The position numbers and the translations under genes are program-made. Of a stretch of 64,000 bases of DNA, positions 62,077 to 64,000 are shown in pieces; position 1 is the stretch's first letter, and the number at the start of each line of letters is the position of its first letter. The notes beneath the pieces are model-generated. The model was given only the letters and a program-made list of their open reading frames with translations, did no database searches and was not told the origin of the DNA. This stretch comes from Raja brachyura (taxonomy: Eukaryota), in assembly GCA_963514005.1 (NCBI GenBank), contig OY740802.1, forward strand, positions 27,590,001 to 27,654,000, in the 5' to 3' direction.

Positions 62077-63690
62077 ACCATATAACCATATAACAATTGG
62101 AGCACGGAACAGGCCTTCTCGGCCCTTCCAGTCCGTGCCGACCATTTATTTTCCCCTAGTCCCATCTACCTGCACTCAGACCATACCCCTCCATTTCCTT
62201 CCCGTCCATATACCTATCTACTTTACTTTTAAATGTTAAAATCGATCCTGCCTCCACCACTTCTGCAGGAAGATCATTCCACACAGCCACCACTCTCTGA
62301 GTAAAGAAGTTCCCCCTCATGTTACCCCTAAACTTCTGTCCCTTAATTCTCATGTCATGCCCTCTTGTTTGAATCTTTCCTACCCTCAATGGGAAAAGCT
62401 TATCCACGTCAACTCTGTCCATCCCTTTCATCATTTTAAAGACCTCAATCAAGTCCCCCCCCCCTTAACCTTCTACGCTCCAAAGAATAAAGACCTAACT
62501 TGTTCAACCTTTCTCTGTAACTTAGTTCCTGGAACCCAGGCAACATTCTAGTAAATCTCCTCTGTACTCTCTCTATTTTGTTGACATCCTTCCTATAATT
62601 AGGCGACCAAAATTGTACACCATACTCCAGAATTGGTCTCACCAATGCCTTGTACAATTTTAACATTACTTCCCTACTATATTCAATGCTCTGATTTATA
62701 AAAGCCAGCACACCAAAAGCTTTTTTTACCACCCTATCTACATGCGATTCCACCTTCAGGGAACTATGCACAGTTATTCCTAGATCCCTCTGTTCCACAG
62801 CATTCCTCAGTTCCCTACCATTTACCATGTAGTCCTATTTTGATTTGCCCTGCCAAGATGGAGCACCTCACACTTATCAGCATTAAACTCCATCTGCCAT
62901 CTTTCAGCCCACTCTTCCAAATGGCCCAAATCTCTCTGTAGACTTTGAAAATCTACTTCATTATTCACAGCACCCCCTATCTTAGTATCATCTGCATACT
63001 TACTTATCCAATTTTCCACCCCATCATCTAGATCATTGATGTACATGACAAATAACAGTGGACCCAACACAGATCCCTGAGGCACCCCACTGGCCACCGG
63101 CCTCCAACCTGTTCCAGACAAACAGCTATCCACCATTACTTTCTGGTATCTCCCATTCAGCCACTGTTGAATCCATCTTGCTACTCCGCCATTAACACCC
63201 AAAGATTGAACCTTCTTAACCAACCTTCCATGGGGAACCTTGTCAAAGGCCTTACTGAAACCCATATAGACAACATCCACTGCTTTACGGTCATCAATTT
63301 CCCTAGTAACCTCTTCAAAAGATTCAAGAAGGTTTGTCAAACATGACCTTCCAGGCACAAATCCATGTTGACTGTTCTTGAACAGACCCTGTTTATCCAG
63401 ATGCTTATATATATTACCTCTAAGTATCCTTTCCATTAATTTGCCCACCACTGACGTCAAACTAACAGGTCTATAAATGCTAGGTTTATTCTTTGAACCC
63501 TTTTTAAACAATGGAACAACATGCGCAGTATGCCAATCCTCCGGCACTATTCCCGTTTCTAATGACATTTGAAATATTTCTGTCATAGCCCCTGCTATTT
63601 CAACACTAACTTCCCTCAATGTCCTAGGGAATATCCTGTCAGGACCTGGAGACTTATCCACTTTTATATTTTTCAAAATGTCAGTACTTC
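62077..63690 (-). mobile_element. CR1 LINE with a nearly complete RT domain (frameshifted)
   Basis: KSPGPD..YRPVSLTS..QHGF..KAFDKV..GVPQGSVLGP..YADD; short repeat tail (aaccatat). Confidence 0.95.
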
Positions 63691-63782
63691 CTCCTCTTTT
63701 TCTTGATAGTTCATTGCTTTGAGTGTTATTTTTCACTTATCTGCTGTTAAACAATTGACACTTTCATTATTTTTTGTGGCAG

Positions 63783-63860
63783 GAATGTGCAGGTGATAAG
63801 GAGGCAAATGTATGAAATATATCAGAGAGGGACCTTGGATGACAACAAAAAACTTTTTGT
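63783..63860 (+). CDS. GSS: GSS exon 8 (NVQVIRRQMYEIYQRGTLDDNKKLFV); the gene continues right of the window
   Basis: tggcag/gtgagt boundaries; 78 nt; VIRR...I...G.LD....LFV motif. Confidence 0.94.
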
Positions 63861-64000
63861 GTGAGTTTTATTTTTAGTGTGAGCTTTCTTTTCCCTCTCG
63901 CTGATTGTGAAGCTGAGGATTCTGACTAGTTGACATGAGTTGCCTGAATTACTTTAAAAAGATTGGACACAAAGTGCTGGAGTAATCCAAAATGTCACCC

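Noticed and set aside
62822-63736. 304-aa RT ORF as an active element
   Set aside because: It is a 5'-truncated CR1 with no endonuclease and with downstream frameshifts.

Overview
This is vertebrate genomic DNA. The V-SINE, CR1 and Penelope repeat content suggests a cartilaginous fish, probably a skate or ray (inference). Two intron-rich genes lie head-to-head. SAMHD1 (dNTP triphosphohydrolase) is on the minus strand: coding exons 1-12 run from 23736 down to 1353 and the gene continues off the left edge. GSS (glutathione synthetase) is on the plus strand: a CpG-rich first exon near 41.9-42.2 kb, then exons 2-8 from 53741 to 63860, continuing off the right edge. I reconstructed the exons by hand; splice phases are consistent and most exon lengths match the human genes as I recall them. 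The ~18 kb between the genes is nested decayed transposons: hAT-like non-autonomous elements, a DIRS tyrosine-recombinase retroelement, and a BEL/Pao LTR element carrying a solo LTR. Introns are full of V-SINEs, CR1 and Rex1/Babar 3' ends, and Penelope-like fragments. Four observations stand out. (1) An L1 insertion with a ~178-bp target-site duplication copied the SAMHD1 exon-2 splice acceptor, leaving a decoy acceptor, stop and poly(A) signal. (2) GSS has ATC where the start codon is expected and apparently takes an in-frame, presequence-like N-terminal extension from exon 1. (3) Penelope-derived mini-insertions carry many minimal hammerhead-ribozyme motifs. (4) SAMHD1 intron 1 is a GC-AG intron. 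No prokaryotic-type systems such as CRISPR are present.
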